A stretch of DNA of 64,000 nucleotides, from positions 1,922,001-1,986,000 of the forward strand of contig OX597824.1 of assembly GCA_951406725.2 (NCBI GenBank), read 5' to 3'. The position numbers were made by a program, and so were the translations under genes. The notes beneath the pieces are model-generated. The model saw nothing but the letters and a program-made list of their open reading frames with translations, did no database searches and was not told the DNA's origin. Source of the DNA: Octopus vulgaris (taxonomy: Eukaryota). Below are positions 40,108-55,225 of this stretch, piece after piece; position 1 is the stretch's first letter, and each line of letters opens with the position of its first letter.

Positions 40108-40549
40108 TACTGTATATATTCATTGCATAAAAAATATGTTAAATACGCTGTATAATTTCCATTAATTCTAAATAATCGTATTCTTTGAACATTTAAACAA
40201 TTTTGAAAATCCTTTGATTGCACAGACATTGGGTTCTATATACAATGTTTGCAAGTTCTTGAACCCATGTTATATAATTGCAAATCCAGTCGGGATCTTA
40301 CTTTCTTTTTAAAGACGTAGCATACGTGATATTAAGTTACAGAATGAGTCTTTCCCATTCTAGGATACAATGGTTTTGATTCTAAATTAATTCTGCTGCT
40401 ATTTCTGTGAGAGCGAGTGACTGCATAGAGGCTGTTACGCATATGTTATTGCTGTCTTAGCACCACCTCAGGCAACACACAAACACCTGAGATCAAATAT
40501 ATTCTCGCCATTAGTTTCTCAGCTCGCTTCTCATATAAAACAATAATTG

Positions 40550-40585
<36 letters not shown>

Positions 40586-41212
40586 AAGACAGCTGGACTT
40601 GTCGGTTGTGAATTCAGATAAATCAATCAACAATGTGCAGGTTTCCATAATTGTGGTTCCATTTAGATTTAACTCAGAGATTTCGGAAAATATCGTTGGT
40701 GAAAAAAAAAGAGCATTTCCACTGAATAATATACGGACATGATCCAAACTTTAGACATGTAACGGGCTCTAAGCTGCATTACCAGATGAGCCATCTTTCC
40801 ATAGCACAAAGACTGCATTTCCCACCGCCTTTGGTGTAAGGCTTACACTTGGCTAAGATCTTCCAATGGATGTTGTAATTAATACCTTTTCTTTTAAGGA
40901 CCATATATGACTGGATAATTTGTTTGTTTTCTTTTATCCCAGTGTCTGAAGCTCAAGTGAGATTGTTGAACTTGGCTTTAAAATTCCCCTCTGTGTCCTT
41001 AGTGGTTGTAGAGTCTAGGGGACATCAAATAGAAAATAACTGTTAGGAAGTATAAATTTAAAGTTTCATTTAGAAAAGAACCTGGCTTACGAGTTCCGGG
41101 TGTCCTTCGAGGTACTTTTCCAGCCAGAATTTTATTAATTCTATTCTATAGCCATGTGGAATATTGGGATATACATATCGTTAAACATGCTTATATATAG
41201 GTGTATAGGTAA

Positions 41213-41258
<46 letters not shown>

Positions 41259-41353
41259 CTTATAAACAAGGACAAAAGAAAAAGAAATTTCAATGCCAAA
41301 TATGCCGAAATAGAATTAGTTGTCAATAACCATATGATTTATCACTATAAGTA

Positions 41354-41452
<99 letters not shown>

Positions 41453-41473
41453 TATATACATATATATATACAC

Positions 41474-41507
<34 letters not shown>

Positions 41508-42450
41508 TATTGTTGTTCTGCCAAAATATCAACTCACTATATCTTTCTGATAGTTATAAATAACTCTCTTATTAATCGAATCTTCAAATAGTGACTCTAT
41601 TTCCTTGACGGATGAAACATCATGATTCAGAAATAAACCGGAAAACTTTATATTTCTTTTATCTAAGAAATTACATTTATGTGATGCCATGTATAAATGT
41701 GTCAACAAATAAATATATTCATAAATGGGGGGAAATCCTGATGTTTACTGAAACAGATTTGATGAAATGGAAACTAAAAATAAAGAATACCTTCGACGTG
41801 TTCTTTTTTTTCCATACCTGATGGTAGTTTAAATTATTAATCCATTAATTTTAGTAAAGTCTGTGGCATCAATCCAATAATCATAAGTGACAAGGCGGAA
41901 ATGTAAACAAAGTAATCAATCAAAGTGTGAAAACGAGCAGCGTTGCCAAGATGTCATATCTTTGATTATTTCATTAAGAAATATTGAATGCATGTATATA
42001 TCTACATCTGCACACACACACACACACACACATACATACACATACACACACATATACAGGCATGCATTAATACATATATACATACATACATGCATATATA
42101 CATACATACATACATACATACAGAAACACACAAGTGTGTGCGTGTGGGTACGCACTCGTGTGTGTTAGGTGCTCGTGAAGTATGTGAGGATATATTTGTT
42201 AATTTAATAAACAATATTCTCTAGTAAAGATCTCCTAAAAACAAAATGTATTTTACTAAAATTTGTGCACGCGTTGTCGATAAGTGTTGTGTTCATAAGA
42301 TTATTCTGTGAATCAGTATTGAAGCCTAATTCAATGCGGAAACGAAATCGCTGCGTACCTTTGCTAAATGTTCGTTAGTCCCTTCGTGCATCACTTAGAC
42401 CCTGGCGGCCTTTAACGAGGTTATAGTAATGTGAGGATGATGGTTAGTTT

Positions 42451-42677
42451 AAGGCGGCGAGCTGGCAGAAACGTTAGCACTCCGGGCGTAACCATATTTC
42501 GTCTGCCGTTACTTTCTGAGTTCAAATTCCGCCGAGGTCGACTTTGCTTTTCATTCTTTCGGGGTCGATGAATTAAGTAACAGTTACGCACTGGGGTCGA
42601 TGTAGTCGACTTAATCCGTTTGTCTGTCCTTGTTTATCCCCTCTATGTTTAGCCCCTTGTGGGTAGTAAAGAAATAG
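42451..42677 (+). mobile_element. tRNA-derived SINE with a Meta/MESC-like central domain
   Basis: GGCGGCGAGCTGGCAGAAACGTTAG...GAGTTCAAATTCC (B box), GTCGACTTTGCTTTTCATTCTTTCGGGGTCGATGAATTAAGTA. Confidence 0.85.
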
Positions 42678-43479
42678 TTTCCCTTCCAGTGAGGCACTAA
42701 ATATAGTAGTTTATGAGATATAAAACTTGCTAAGCCACTTGTGTGTCATATGATTGTAAAAGCTGTTTGGTATCCATTCTTGGGTTTCGTGGTCTTAGTA
42801 GGCTTTCCGTTGTATACATCACATAGAAAGTCTCTCCAGTTCTTTAACGAGTTTAGCAGCATTAATTTTAGGAAGCTCTGGAAAGATGTACGATAAAATA
42901 TGACCTTTGCTACTCATCATTTCTAAACCCATCACAGGTTCTGGAAGTTTATTGTACAAGATCTCATCTTTTCCTCCAAATAAGATTTTTATTCTTAATC
43001 GTTTTTAAGCCCGCCGGATCAAACGGTCTCCCGTGTCTTTCTAGGCATGTAGTATCTCTTCCTAAGTATTTACAATTTGTATCAAATAACTTCAAGCACT
43101 GCTGATAGTCGACTGTGACAACTGACGTTCTTTGTCAATGGCACGCATTCATGTTCCGGGATCAGCATCGATAATGTTTTGAAACGTTGGATGAATTGCT
43201 TGTCCTTCGAATGTTCAAATATTTTATAAAGTCGGTGCATTCTTGCTAGAGGCTTTTCATTCTATCTGAACTCTATGCACAAAATACGCTGCAACGTTTA
43301 GAAAGTAGACAATTTCTAAATCGATCCGTTTCACCCGTATACCAAAAATGGCGCACATATTTTCTTGCGTTAGATTTTTATATGCCAAAAGTGATCTGCA
43401 AAATAAGAATATATAAAGCATTTCATTAGTTTGACTATAGTAACATACTGATAATTAAGTGCCCTTATGTCTATATATG

Positions 43480-43567
<88 letters not shown>

Positions 43568-43599
43568 AGAGAGAGAGAGAGAGAGAGAGAGTGAGAGAG

Positions 43600-45050
43600 A
43601 TAAGATGTAAATATGTCAAGAGTCATATTAGAGATGACTTAGATTTGTTAAATCCCCTGCCAGAAAGGGTCGAGGAGGAAACTATCATAGTATCATTCGA
43701 TGTGATTCATTTATACACCGCCGTACCTAATAGTTATGGAATAGAAGCAATCCGTTTCTGGCTGGACAAATATCCAGAAGAAATACCAGAACGGATCAAC
43801 AAAGACTTCGTAATCGAATCAATTAAATTCATCCTCCAAAACAATCATTTCATGTTTTTGACGCCACTGTTTATCGCCAAAAATCTGGAATTGAAATGGG
43901 AACCAGAGCAGCCCCGACCACTGCCGATCTAACAATGGTCTATTTCGAAATAATATATAAGGTCTCATTTTCAAAATTTGGAAACACTCTCTCTCAATAC
44001 ATAAAAAAAAATTGGAAAAGATTTTTGGACGACCTCTTCATCTTCTGGAATGAAAACATAGATGATCTCCTGGAGTTCAAAAGACTTCTCATTAACATTA
44101 TCACCAACATACAATTCACAATGGAACACAAGCACAAGGAACTCCTATTCCAGACATACTGACTACAAAAATAAACAAAAAATAGAAACAAACATTTTTT
44201 GCACGACCACAGACGCTAAACAATATCTATTATTTAGCTCATATCACCGGAGATGTATCAAAGCAAATTCGCCCTTCCACCTTACAAGAAAGATTTGCAC
44301 CATAGTGTCCGGAAAGAATGCCAGTGAACTAAGATTGCAAGAGCAGGACAGACACTACCCAACTCCAGGACAGACACTACCCAATTCAGCTACAAAATGA
44401 AGGAAATAAACATACAAAATCGATTAATATTAAAACATTAAGAAAAGCCAACTACAACAACACATCTACCCTCAAAGCAGCACTAGCTTATATCTCCACA
44501 TACAACCCTAGAAACAAATAAACATTCAATATCATCGTCCAAAAATCTTCCAATATTCCATCGGGAACCCAAACTTAAGGAGATTCTACGTAACCTTAAA
44601 ATCATTAACAGCAGCAAACAGCCTAAGACATTGAAGAAATTTCTCACCAATGCCAAGCTAATCTCTAGAACAACGGACGCGAGAGCTGTAAAGAGTGGTC
44701 GCCCTGATTGCAGAATATGTCTCAATCTATTGGAAGGATCGGAATTCCATTTCAGACATGGACAAATAGTCAAGATGAAATCTAACTTCACTTGCGTTAC
44801 CTCAACCTTATTTACGTAATCAGATGCTCGGGCTGCCATCGAAACTATATTGGCTCAAACCAGAATAAAGCAGAGAACAGAAAAAAAACAACAACAAAAA
44901 ATAGAAATTACAGATTTACCTCCCCTCTACTGCAAAATAAATGAGTGAACAACTATCTCCCCTTGCAATATTTTTCTCCCTAGCAATTTATCTCTTTCAA
45001 CTCATAGTTTGATGAACAATGCGAAACCGGTCCTTACTTTAATTATGCTG
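43600..45050 (+). mobile_element. Decayed Penelope-like element (RT + Cys linker + GIY-YIG start) ending in a degenerate HHR
   Basis: SFDVIHLYT, ILQNNHFMF, MGTRAAP, WKRFLDDLFIFW, IQFTME, CRICLN, FTCVTS, IYVIRCSGCHRNYIG across frameshifts; TTGATGA..GAAACCGGTC at ~45008-45031; follows (TA)n(GA)n. Confidence 0.9.
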
Positions 45051-45206
45051 AAAGAACAAAACCTTATTTTGTACAAAATTGTATAATATCTTCATTATCA
45101 TGACTAATATACTCTCAAATCCTGTAAAACAAATGGTCTGTGTGTTTTCATCTCATCTTTCTCTGTCTATATCAACCACGAGTGTTTCCCCTCTAAAATA
45201 TTTTCT

Positions 45207-45340
45207 ACCAGTGGTTAGAGCGTGGCCTCACAATCATGAGTGTGGTGATTTCGATTCCCAGACCAGGCTGTGTATTGTCTACTTGAGTATGGCTCATTAT
45301 TTCACATTGTTCCAGTACACTCCGCTGTATAAATGAGTTG
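45207..45340 (+). mobile_element. Degenerate tRNA-derived SINE with a head related to 8236
   Basis: CCAGTGGTTAGAGC...ATTTCGATTCCCAGACC, then CAGTACACTCCGCTGTATAAATGAGT. Confidence 0.6.
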
Positions 45341-45436
45341 AGATGTCACCGCTGCCAAGGCGTATCGGCCTTTTCATTTCTCCTGGATAACACACACATA
45401 CATACACACATACATACACACATACACACACATACA

Positions 45437-45492
<56 letters not shown>

Positions 45493-45494
<2 letters not shown>

Positions 45495-46870
45495 GTAGCG
45501 GCCGTAATATGAGGGCCAGTGTAAGTATAAGTGTATTAAATATTTTTTATAGATTATCAACAGGTTGAGGTTCGATATTTTACACACATTTCGATATATC
45601 TAATATCTATCTCTGCAGAAAATGTCACGTGAATGGAATAAATATTCCGTAACTTTTGAGGTAATAAACAAATAATTTTCCAAACTACAACAGCTGCAAG
45701 TTAAGGGTCGCGAAAAAGGGAACAAGAACAAGAAAGCATTGCTATGAATATTTTGTGAACATCCCTTTACTTTTTAATAACCCTCAGACTTCATCTTGAT
45801 TCTGTGGATTTTTCCGTCACGCCCCATCTCTAATAATCTTCCAAACGCTTTGTATAGTGTTGAGATCATGACTTTGAGGGAGCCAGTCCATGAGATCAAC
45901 GTCTTCATCACCCTTCATCACTCAAAACCTTTGACTCAATTCGCAGTGTGATAGAGAGCGTTGCCCTGTACGAAGACAGGAGGTTGAACTGACAAGGATC
46001 GGAGGTGTGGAAGGGTATGCTGTCTAAGAATCTGCTTGTAGATTTCCGCATTGACAGTCCCTTGTAGGTGAATAATTGGACCAGGTCCAGCAGCAAAGAT
46101 CACTACCCATTCAGTTACACTGCCTCCCCCATATTTCACTGTCTTCTTCGCACATGCACGAGACATCCTTTCGCCATAATTTCGTCGGACGGATATCCCG
46201 CCATCGAAACCAGTCACATTAAAATTCGATTTATAATGAACCTGCGACCACTTTTCTTCTGACATGTTCGTGAGCGAAACAAAGACAGGCTCTTTGATTC
46301 TTCTTGGAGATCAGTGGTTTATTTTCTGGTGTCTGAGCAAGCAACCCAGAACCTCGAAACCTCCGAAAAACTTTTGTGTGATATGTTGACATCGGAAGTG
46401 GAGCTAAACGTGCGCGATATCTCAGTAGCACTCTTCAACCTACCTTTCAGTGACATTCTAACCATAATTCGATCTTGTCTTGGTGACGATTCACGAGGTC
46501 TACCGGTTTGCAGTTTAGCATCTGTCAATCCTGACAACTTAAAACGAGCTGCAATTCGTTGCACGACGCTTCTAGACATCCCTACTGTAGTTGCAATCAC
46601 CGAATTTGACGTTCCCTCTTGGTGAAGGCACACAATCCTTTGCTTTTCATCACAGCACACCGATCGTCTCTCACAAGCCGCCATGTTAACAGTTGAATGT
46701 TCCAATGATGGAAGATCATTAGAAGTAACTGCTAATCCATTAACAGTCTTCTAAACAACAAATACCTCGGTTACTAGTTCATTTTTCTAAGTAACCCTTA
46801 ACTTTTGGCCACTACAATTTCGAAGATTGTTATTTTCTCATAACTTATGAAATATTGATTCCATTCACAG
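45493..46870 (-). mobile_element. Decayed Tc1-family transposon
   Basis: Minus ORFs: HTH region with TGRPRESSPRQDR, KPLISKKNQRACLCFA, KKTVKYGGGSV.W, VFVQGNALYH, WPPQSHDLN.I. Inverted terminal segments ~45628-45710 and ~46780-46868; left end CAGT after (TA)n. Confidence 0.88.
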
Positions 46871-47394
46871 CAGCATAAGGGAAAACATGGAGTTGAAGGC
46901 TAAGGAAGTTCTGACAGGTAGATATATATATATATCATTTGGAACATCAGATGTCGAGCTCCAATTCCTCAAGCTGAAGATATGTTTTATTATCTTCATG
47001 TTGTATTATCGATCTAATTGCAAATTGTACAGCAAATATATTCAGAGTTATCCCATGTTTCATAAAAAAAGAAATCCAACTTACTCGGTAATTTTGCAGA
47101 TATTCCAAAAATGGAACCAAACGATAATCTCATTAAATTCGCCAGAAGTGAATAAGCATTCTTTAAGCTCTGTTCATTAATCATATACTAAACTCGAGGT
47201 GGAATATCAATCATGCAGTTGTAAGGTTAGAACAATATTCGTCCATTATTACATAGGCGGAGTTTCTGCAAAAGAAAGCGTATCATTGAGTTAATGTCTC
47301 AAAGCACAACCATTGGTCGCAAGGTATAAACCTCTTCCCAAATATTTCAATAACTCTGCCTGTGTTAGACGTAGATGTTCACCAAATATTTGTT

Positions 47395-47850
47395 TCAAAT
47401 TTAGGCACAACGCTAACAATTTGGGGATTGGCGTATAAATCGAATATTTCGATCCCATTCCTCATCTGGTTCTTATAATAAAAGGCAAAGTCAACCTCGG
47501 CGGAATTCGAACTCAGAACATATAGACGGGCATGTTAGTAAAATATTAGGCGAATTTTACATAAATCGTATGCATTCATAGTTAATAAACTATATAATAA
47601 TATATTAAAGTACTTAATCTTGTATTGTTATTTTTTTAAATAGTCACAAGGACAGGATTTCGGAGGGAAGAGGTTGGTTGATTAAATAATAAATTGTAGA
47701 TAATTAATACTTAATTATATTGACTCCTGAAAAGATAAATGACCAATTTTGACTTTGTTAGTTGAACAGAGAACATAAAGACCCGGTCCAAATACCGCAA
47801 GGTATTTTTTACGTTTCCCTTATGAAAGTGTCATTCCATCGCCGTAACAC
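47395..47850 (-). mobile_element. Two old remnants of the 42451-family SINE
   Basis: AAAGGCAAAGTCAACCTCGGCGGAATTCGAACTCAGAAC at ~47481-47519; AAATACCGCAAGGTATTT at ~47790. Confidence 0.55.
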
Positions 47851-49205
47851 AGCGACACAGGGCACCGCTTGGGAGGATCGAAAAGGAAAGAGAATGTGAT
47901 AAAGGACAAATATATAGCTGCTATTTCTAGCACACGAAATAAGTGATTAGTAACTCTATCGTAACGCTACAAGTAAGATCGGTTTCAAAGGATTCGCAGC
48001 AAACAGAATGTTTGCTACGACACACAGGAATCCTCTTACAAAATTACTATCTTGTTTATTATTAATCGCTCTTTCAGTCGGTTATTTTTGATGGATCCAT
48101 TCCATGGCGCTACGAGAATGTTCATTTGACGAACCGTGCAGTATATTAGGGGTGGGCCGTAGCAATGGCCACGTGTTCTCTACCTCCAACTCCGGCTTAC
48201 ACTTTATGCAGGGATGCTTGATGAGAAGCTATATAAACATAAACAGCTTCCGTACTGTATACGTATACAGTATATATAGAATACAGATATATACAGTCAA
48301 CTGTATATATTCAAACAGTTGACTATTAATATTTATCTGCTGAACATTCAAACCGGCAACGATTTAGTAAATTTTCCAATCAATATTTACTGTTCCGTGT
48401 AATTAGTCTCTTCTTAAATATTGTCTACGATTGACTCAATGTGACGCCATCAGTCTCCTGAAATCAAGCAAAACTAATTGTCACCTGACACTCTCCTGTG
48501 TACCCCCCTCAACACTCCACTTTCATGTTGATTAAGTTGTTTCACTTGATATCAAAATTTTCTTTTGTATTTATCAGTCTGCTACGCCTCGTGCAATTGT
48601 TTGGATGATATCATAACATTTGTATCGGTTCAATGGATAATTATATAGTTTGTCTTGAGGCGAATTTTCAATGCAAATGTGCCAGTCTTTGACATCTCTC
48701 TTATTATCGTCGCTGTGATGTGTTAATGAGATGTTTTTAGATGACACTGTGATGTCAATTATATCTCTGTAAATTCAATTTAGCAATTGATGTCAGGTAT
48801 ATTAATCAACTTTCAAAGTGGTCTTCACATAGAATTGTAATACAAATGCACAGAAAAATTCTTAAAGACAGAGAAATTTCTACCAATTCTGGAACGTTAC
48901 GCGTCATATAGACGCTAACCTGGCCAGAACAATTCTGTCACCATGGGTCATATCAGGAAATAAATGCATACAGAGAATAATTAAAAATTAACTTTTTATC
49001 ACATTTTGTGATAATGATGAATGCTAATTATCAAACGAAAATTATTAATTACTTTCAAATAAATTTAAACAAAAAAAAGTTTCTCATTTGTATAACACTT
49101 CCGGTAAACATTTGTCAATGATTCTGTTCCTTTGTTATATCGTGTCTCACACTTAACTTAACTCTCTCTCAATTTAATTTTACTCGATGGCTCTCTTTCT
49201 CTCTC

Positions 49206-49527
49206 CATGGGTTCTGAAAGTGGGCGCTACACCCTGCCGTGGGCGTTGAGACGGTCCAGATCAGCGCTGGTGCCTAAGGTAGCGGGGGCAGGGGCGGTAG
49301 AGAAAAAGGAGGCGTTGGGAGGAAGGCAGTGAATTATGAGACGTTGTGAATTTATTATATTATAATAGTATATACAAATCATTTGATAAAATGATTCACA
49401 GTATATATAAATTAGTAAAATATAAAATATTTACATATACCTGAAAATAGGGGTGGGACGCTGAGGTTATTATGTGGCCATAAGTGGGGGGGGGGGGGCA
49501 GTGGCCCGAAAAGTTCGGGAACCTCTG
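49206..49527. mobile_element. hAT/Charlie-type MITE
   Basis: Termini CATGGGTTCTGAAAGTGGG / AAAAGTTCGGGAACCTCTG; GC-rich subterminal runs; no clear 8-bp TSD. Confidence 0.55.
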
Positions 49528-51535
49528 CCTTATACGATACAGAGCGTGACTGGAAATATCAGCCAAGCGAGCCACATTTATTCTGGCTTTTATGGTTGGT
49601 TGCAGAGATGTATATATGCATACCACTGATTTTTTGCATAGTAAGAGTACGCGTAGTTGTTACTACGTATGTCTGTGACATATTAGGTATTGTTATACGA
49701 TATGCAATTTGAGGTCTCGCTGTCTGGCTGGAAGAATATAGAGAGAAAATTTAATTACAATCGTATTCTTACATCATCTGAAGCCATATTTATGCCGATG
49801 TTCCAAACCTATTTACATATGTTTTTCTTTAAGCAGCTCTCTAAAATCTATCTGCAGATATTAGCAATTACGATGGCGGCATCTAAATGTAGACAGTGAC
49901 TTCAACATAAAGTGAAACTATGTGTGCTTAGTTGCTGCGTAAATCGCGTGCTGTTATACTATAGTTGTTTTGACATACCCATATTAGTGGCATCCATAGA
50001 AACATACATACATACATACATACATACATACATACATACATACATACATACATACGTACTGATAGACGCAAACATAGATGTATATGTTTACATGCTGACA
50101 CACAGACACGCATATAGAATTGTATTTATTGAGTTTTCGTTGAAAAAACCGCGTGTAGAAAATTGTCTTGTTAAAAATGTGCGAAGTTCAATATAAGTAC
50201 ATGATAATAAAACCGGACTATGTCCATAACCTACGGGTACTTGCGATTAAACGTACTCAGCCGTACTAATTGGTGACTCTTGAATGGCATTTTCATCTCA
50301 TCGATAACTACAATCGTCTAACTTCAACCACAGAAAAGCTTTACTTATAAAGTAGATAATCTTGATGACTTATACAATGTTATATGTGTAAGTAAGTGAA
50401 ATTATTTACATATAAATATGTTTACCTGTGTATAAGTGCTCAATTATACAATACTTAAATAATAAACTTCACCTTAACACACTTTTACAAGTCACTTCAT
50501 GAGATGCGTTATAATAATATACAAAGATGGGTATGTATTTATGTATGTACACATAATGTGTATGTATTTATACATACATGGACGTGTATACATTTATGCA
50601 TGTATATACATGTTTGCGTTTTGAAAACTTAATTGACCCCAATGTGTGTTTAACTATCAATGCTTTGATGCTTGCATCTCTGTTCGCATATGAAAATATT
50701 TCTGGTTGCTGTAGAACTAATACTGTTGAAACTACTTAAGCAGCAGAATTTAAGGATTTGATATTGACTCCATTCGGCTGCAAACACAATAAGACCTATC
50801 AGATGAAAAAATATGAATTTACAAACCAGCACCGGCAAATAAGTAACAACATTTTATGGCTATTTCTCCACAATCCACATAAATAAAATCAGAATGAGCG
50901 AATCATGTATTAGACATCCCAATACCGTACTATTTTTTATTTGTCACTTGGTGGCTTTGAAGGTAGGGCAAGTGTCCCTACCTGTAGCATTCGCATGTAC
51001 TCCAAGATCTGCGCTTAATACTCCTAATGCCCATAATGTCCGAGAGTTGCAAGATAGAGAGAGAGAGAGAGGTGATCCGAAAAGATCCAGAGGATCAACG
51101 TACTAGAGAATAAGAGTTAGACAGAATGTTTACTTCAGAACAGGTGGGGGGTGGATTGGAAAATAGGTGTGATGGAAGGAAAAAGAATGAGAGAGTAAAG
51201 AGAGGTGGAGAGGTGGAGAGCACAAGACGATCCCTGCTCCAAGAAGTAAAGGGTGAATACACGAAGGCGTAGCACATATATATAATTAAATTGATTGGAG
51301 ATATTAAGCAGCCTCTCTAATGAAAAACAGTCAATTCGTTAATTATGAACGGCATTATAATCACCCGCACAAATAATAGAGTTCTTCTGATTGTCAAAGT
51401 AATTGCTACATGTTTGTGTGAAACAAAAACATTTTAAGGAATTCCATTGAAAAGAAGAGGTGATTATAATTAATGATTTCTGTTTAGAATAATTTGAAGG
51501 AAGAACAATTAATGGGAAATACGTTTGGTATTGAC

Positions 51536-51785
51536 GAAGAAGAAGAAGAAGAAGAAGAAGAAGAAGAAGAAGAAGAAGAAGAAGAAGAAGAAAAAGAATA
51601 AGAAGAAGAAAAAGAAGAAGAAGAAGAAAGAGAAGAAGAAGAAGAATAAGAAAGAGGAGAAGAAGAAGAAGAAGAAGGAGGAGGAGAAGAAGGAGATGAG
51701 GAAGAAGAAGACGAAGAAGACGAAGGTGATGATAATGATGATGAGGAGGAGGAGGGGAGCAGGAGGAGATGGAGGTGGAGGTGGC
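51536..51785 (+). repeat. (GAA)n/(GAG)n/(GAT)n compound microsatellite
   Basis: Direct observation. Confidence 0.95.
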
Positions 51786-52329
51786 CCATGTTGCTGCTGA
51801 TGGCAGTAAGTACAACGTCAATGAAGAAAGAGAGGACGGTGCTATATTTGTTTACCCTTAACAAGTATTAAAGACAATCCATCTGAAAGAAGCATCAAAT
51901 ATATTTTAAATCAATTTCTTCAAACAGAATCGTTCCGTTTTCATGAGAAATGCCCGATTGGAAATGAAGAAATGATGGTCAGAGAAGCTTACCGAGTTTC
52001 TCATGTACAAACAAGCACGCAAACACGCACGCACGCACACACACACACACACACGCACACACACACGCACACACACACATACACACACACACATTCATAG
52101 ATACTCACAAACACATTGATTAAAGTGAAATAAATATAAGGTCCAAGCATGAAAATTGGAAAAAAGTGGAGAAGAAACTTTGTATTATTAAAATACCAAA
52201 CATTTTCGGATACACTGTGCCTCGTATGAATAGAATGTCAGGGCAGGAGCACAAAAGACTATATATATATATATATGACTTTCTTTACCATATGATGTAA
52301 TCCCAATGATTATGGATATTACCTCGGAA

Positions 52330-52960
52330 TTGACGCTTTTTTACCATTTCTTACCATTTCTATTTTGTTATTATTTTATTTTATTATTTTACCATACTTC
52401 CTCACCTGTTAGATTCATACAGTTCATGGCCTGTTTTTCTTCGATATGTCGTACCTTTCTTTTAAAACTTATAAATCGGAAGCTTCTTTCTTTTGTCCAT
52501 CAACGCATAACCCCAAAACAATATAAGGTATCTTGTCAATGAGCTCCTGCACCAACAACACTTTAGATTCTACCATCCTCCTGACGGGAACTCAAAACGG
52601 AAAGCGATTCCATCCATGTTTGATGTTTGAGTAAACTATTTTCCTTCTTGCGTTGATAAAATACCTTTGAAAACCAGCAGAATTTTATCTGAAATGTTCA
52701 ATGAGCAATATCTGATAATCTTCTTACTCTAGCACATACAGTTTCTTTCTCTTGATATATTCGAACTCTATCATAGTGAAACTCTAAATTTCCTCCATAT
52801 TCCTATCCATTATTAACAACTTCCATTGCTAAATAATAATGTTGGTGCATGCTGAGATGTCCATGCTCCATTAAGTACTGTTGTTCAATATTTCATTTAC
52901 TTCCGGTTGGTATACCGTAACAGACGCCATTTTTCTATTGTGTATTAAAGCAGATTTCAA
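52330..52960 (-). pseudogene. Probable very degenerate RTE-type RT 3' half
   Basis: Weak motif echoes (GV.Q, Y.FGV.R...R.LP); many stops. Confidence 0.3.
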
Positions 52961-53089
52961 AGCGTTGTTTCTCTCAACATTTTACTTCAAGCGAACGCTC
53001 ACGGATTCACGCTCACGGGATGCGCATTCCTACACACATGCGCACTTGCACACATGCTGAGGAAAAACACTCACGTATACTTGGAACTT

Positions 53090-53249
53090 CTTCTTCTTCT
53101 GGCAATCCCTCAAGGTTGAGGATGATGGTCTTCGCGAAAATTTACTAGTGAGTCCTTAGGTGACTGATAAGACCAATTCTTGCTTGAAAAGCTCGGTCGC
53201 AGTGCTGACATCTAGTGCCGGAAGGGAGAGTCGCACGTTGTTGTTGTTG
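53090..53249 (-). mobile_element. Severely 5'-truncated RTE-type LINE with a C-terminal C2H2 finger, (GAA)n tail and TSD
   Basis: Minus translation CQHCDRAFQARIGLISHLRTH*; direct repeat TTGGAACTT at 53081-53089 and 53250-53258. Confidence 0.8.
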
Positions 53250-54109
53250 TTGGAACTTATTGTCTTCATGGCTAATTAACTAATCAAAATTTATACGTCA
53301 TATGTATATATCTGCATTTGCACGCGCGCAATCACACACATTCGCAAACACACAAACCCACACACACCTGTAATCTTTAATCTTTTGTTTCTGTTACAAG
53401 ACTGCGGCTACGCTTGAGCACAGCCTTCAATCGTTAAAAGTATTAATATTTTTCAAGCCTGTAGTGGTTTAAATGTGTGTATCAGGTGAAGAGATACAAA
53501 AGGTATGTGTAAGCCTTTGCAGTAAATAAATGAGTGAATCGATTCATAATTAAAAATAATTTATTCACTGGACTTAATTTGTAGTTGGTTCACTATATGC
53601 AAAAGGTTGACAACAGCTACGAGTTGCTAGAAATAGAAACAGGGTACTTCTGTGGAAGTCATATGTCAGAAATGAATATATTTGTGTGTGTGTGTGTGCA
53701 CAGTTCATTGGAGACAGTAGTCTACTGTGGAACTTCGAACATTTCTCTCGGTCTCTGCGGTCTGCCACCAAAACATTCTGTCGTGTCGTAGTCCTTTCTC
53801 GTCTGCCTGCTAGGCCTTTCTTCTTGTTGTTGTCTGTCCCACTGATGACCATCCTATTTATAATAATCGTGGCAGCTAGAAGGAAAGACATACAGAGATT
53901 GTGCCCAAATAGGTCAGCTCCAAGACCATCTGAACTTCGCCTGACATGGTTGTGGTCGTAGGTGAAAGGGAGATAATCGATCACTTTTTTGACAGGACAA
54001 AGAAAACCTTCTTCGCGCCTGTTGATCGTGGTGGTTTGAACGAACAAGAATCCTTAGATTCGTTTTCAAATCTAGGCTTGGAGAAGGAAGTGTTATTTTT
54101 TTCAAGCCT

Positions 54110-54580
54110 GCTACACACTTTATCGGTCTCTTTGCCGAACAGGTACCTTAGGTGGATGTAAACAAACCGACACAAATAGTGAACCAGTGATGGAGGACAG
54201 ACATGGACACAGGCACACAAACATACATTATGTATGCACACACACACGCACACACACACACACATACACACATACATATATACACATATATATATATATA
54301 TATATATACGACGGGCTTCTTTCAAATCCACTCACAAGGCATTGGTCGGTCCGAGGCTATTATAGTAGATGATATTCGCCCAAAGTGTCACGGAGTGAGA
54401 CTGAACGCGGAACCATGTTGTTGGGAAGCAAGCTTCCTACCACACAGCTTCATTCTAACAAATCCATTCACAAGTGTTTGCTCGGCCCGAGGTTATAGTA
54501 GAATACAATTATTTAAGAGACCACACGGTGGGATTGAACTCGGAAATATTTTTGTTGGGAAGTAAGCTACTTACCTCAAA
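54110..54580 (-). mobile_element. 31183-family SINE with a partial tandem second head
   Basis: TATCGGTCTCTTTGCCGAAC...ATCCACTCACAAGGCATTGGTCGGTCCGAGGCTAT, repeated at ~54460-54575. Confidence 0.75.
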
Positions 54581-55225
54581 ACACTCGCACAAACACTCAC
54601 GCACACACACACACACACGCATTCAGAGAGCGAGTGAGTGAGAGAAAGAGAGTAAAGGAATGAGAGAATTTTGATTATTTCATTAAGTGGGCATTCTACG
54701 AAATCCCTGCCCATTCCTGTATTTAACGCAACATCGTAAATGAGATTTATTACTCAGACTTTCCTTTTCTTATTTTCGTATAATTTTCAATTATAATATA
54801 AAATCCAAAATTCTTCTCTGTCATAATCATTATCTCATTATTCATATATCTCCCACTTTCATTACTTAAAAGCAATTTTGCACCTGGCAATAAAAATAAA
54901 TGTTTATTAATAGCAGTTTTATTTTCAATAATTCCGCTGTATATAAATGAGAAAGTATTAAAAAGTAACTAAAAATTCAGAGCTAATTTAGTATTAATAT
55001 ATTCAAATCCAGTGCCGCTAATTTCACATTAACAGTGTTTTTATTTCACGCAGATATACAATAGTTATCTCATCCAATTATCTTTATTAAACAAAGGAGA
55101 GTGACTCATAGCCAAAAATCGTAACGTAGCTCAACGTGTCTGAGTTCGTAGTTTAATTACTCAGCTTTCTATGTGATGTTCCACTCTCATTTGAGATGGC
55201 TTTGCATTTTAAGGGTCGGTTAAAA

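Noticed and set aside
51339-51864. Poly-K/E, poly-L and poly-S ORFs
   Set aside because: They are readings of a (GAA)n microsatellite.
53574-54047. 157-aa minus ORF with a faint gypsy-RT-like look
   Set aside because: No catalytic motifs; the similarity is too weak to call.
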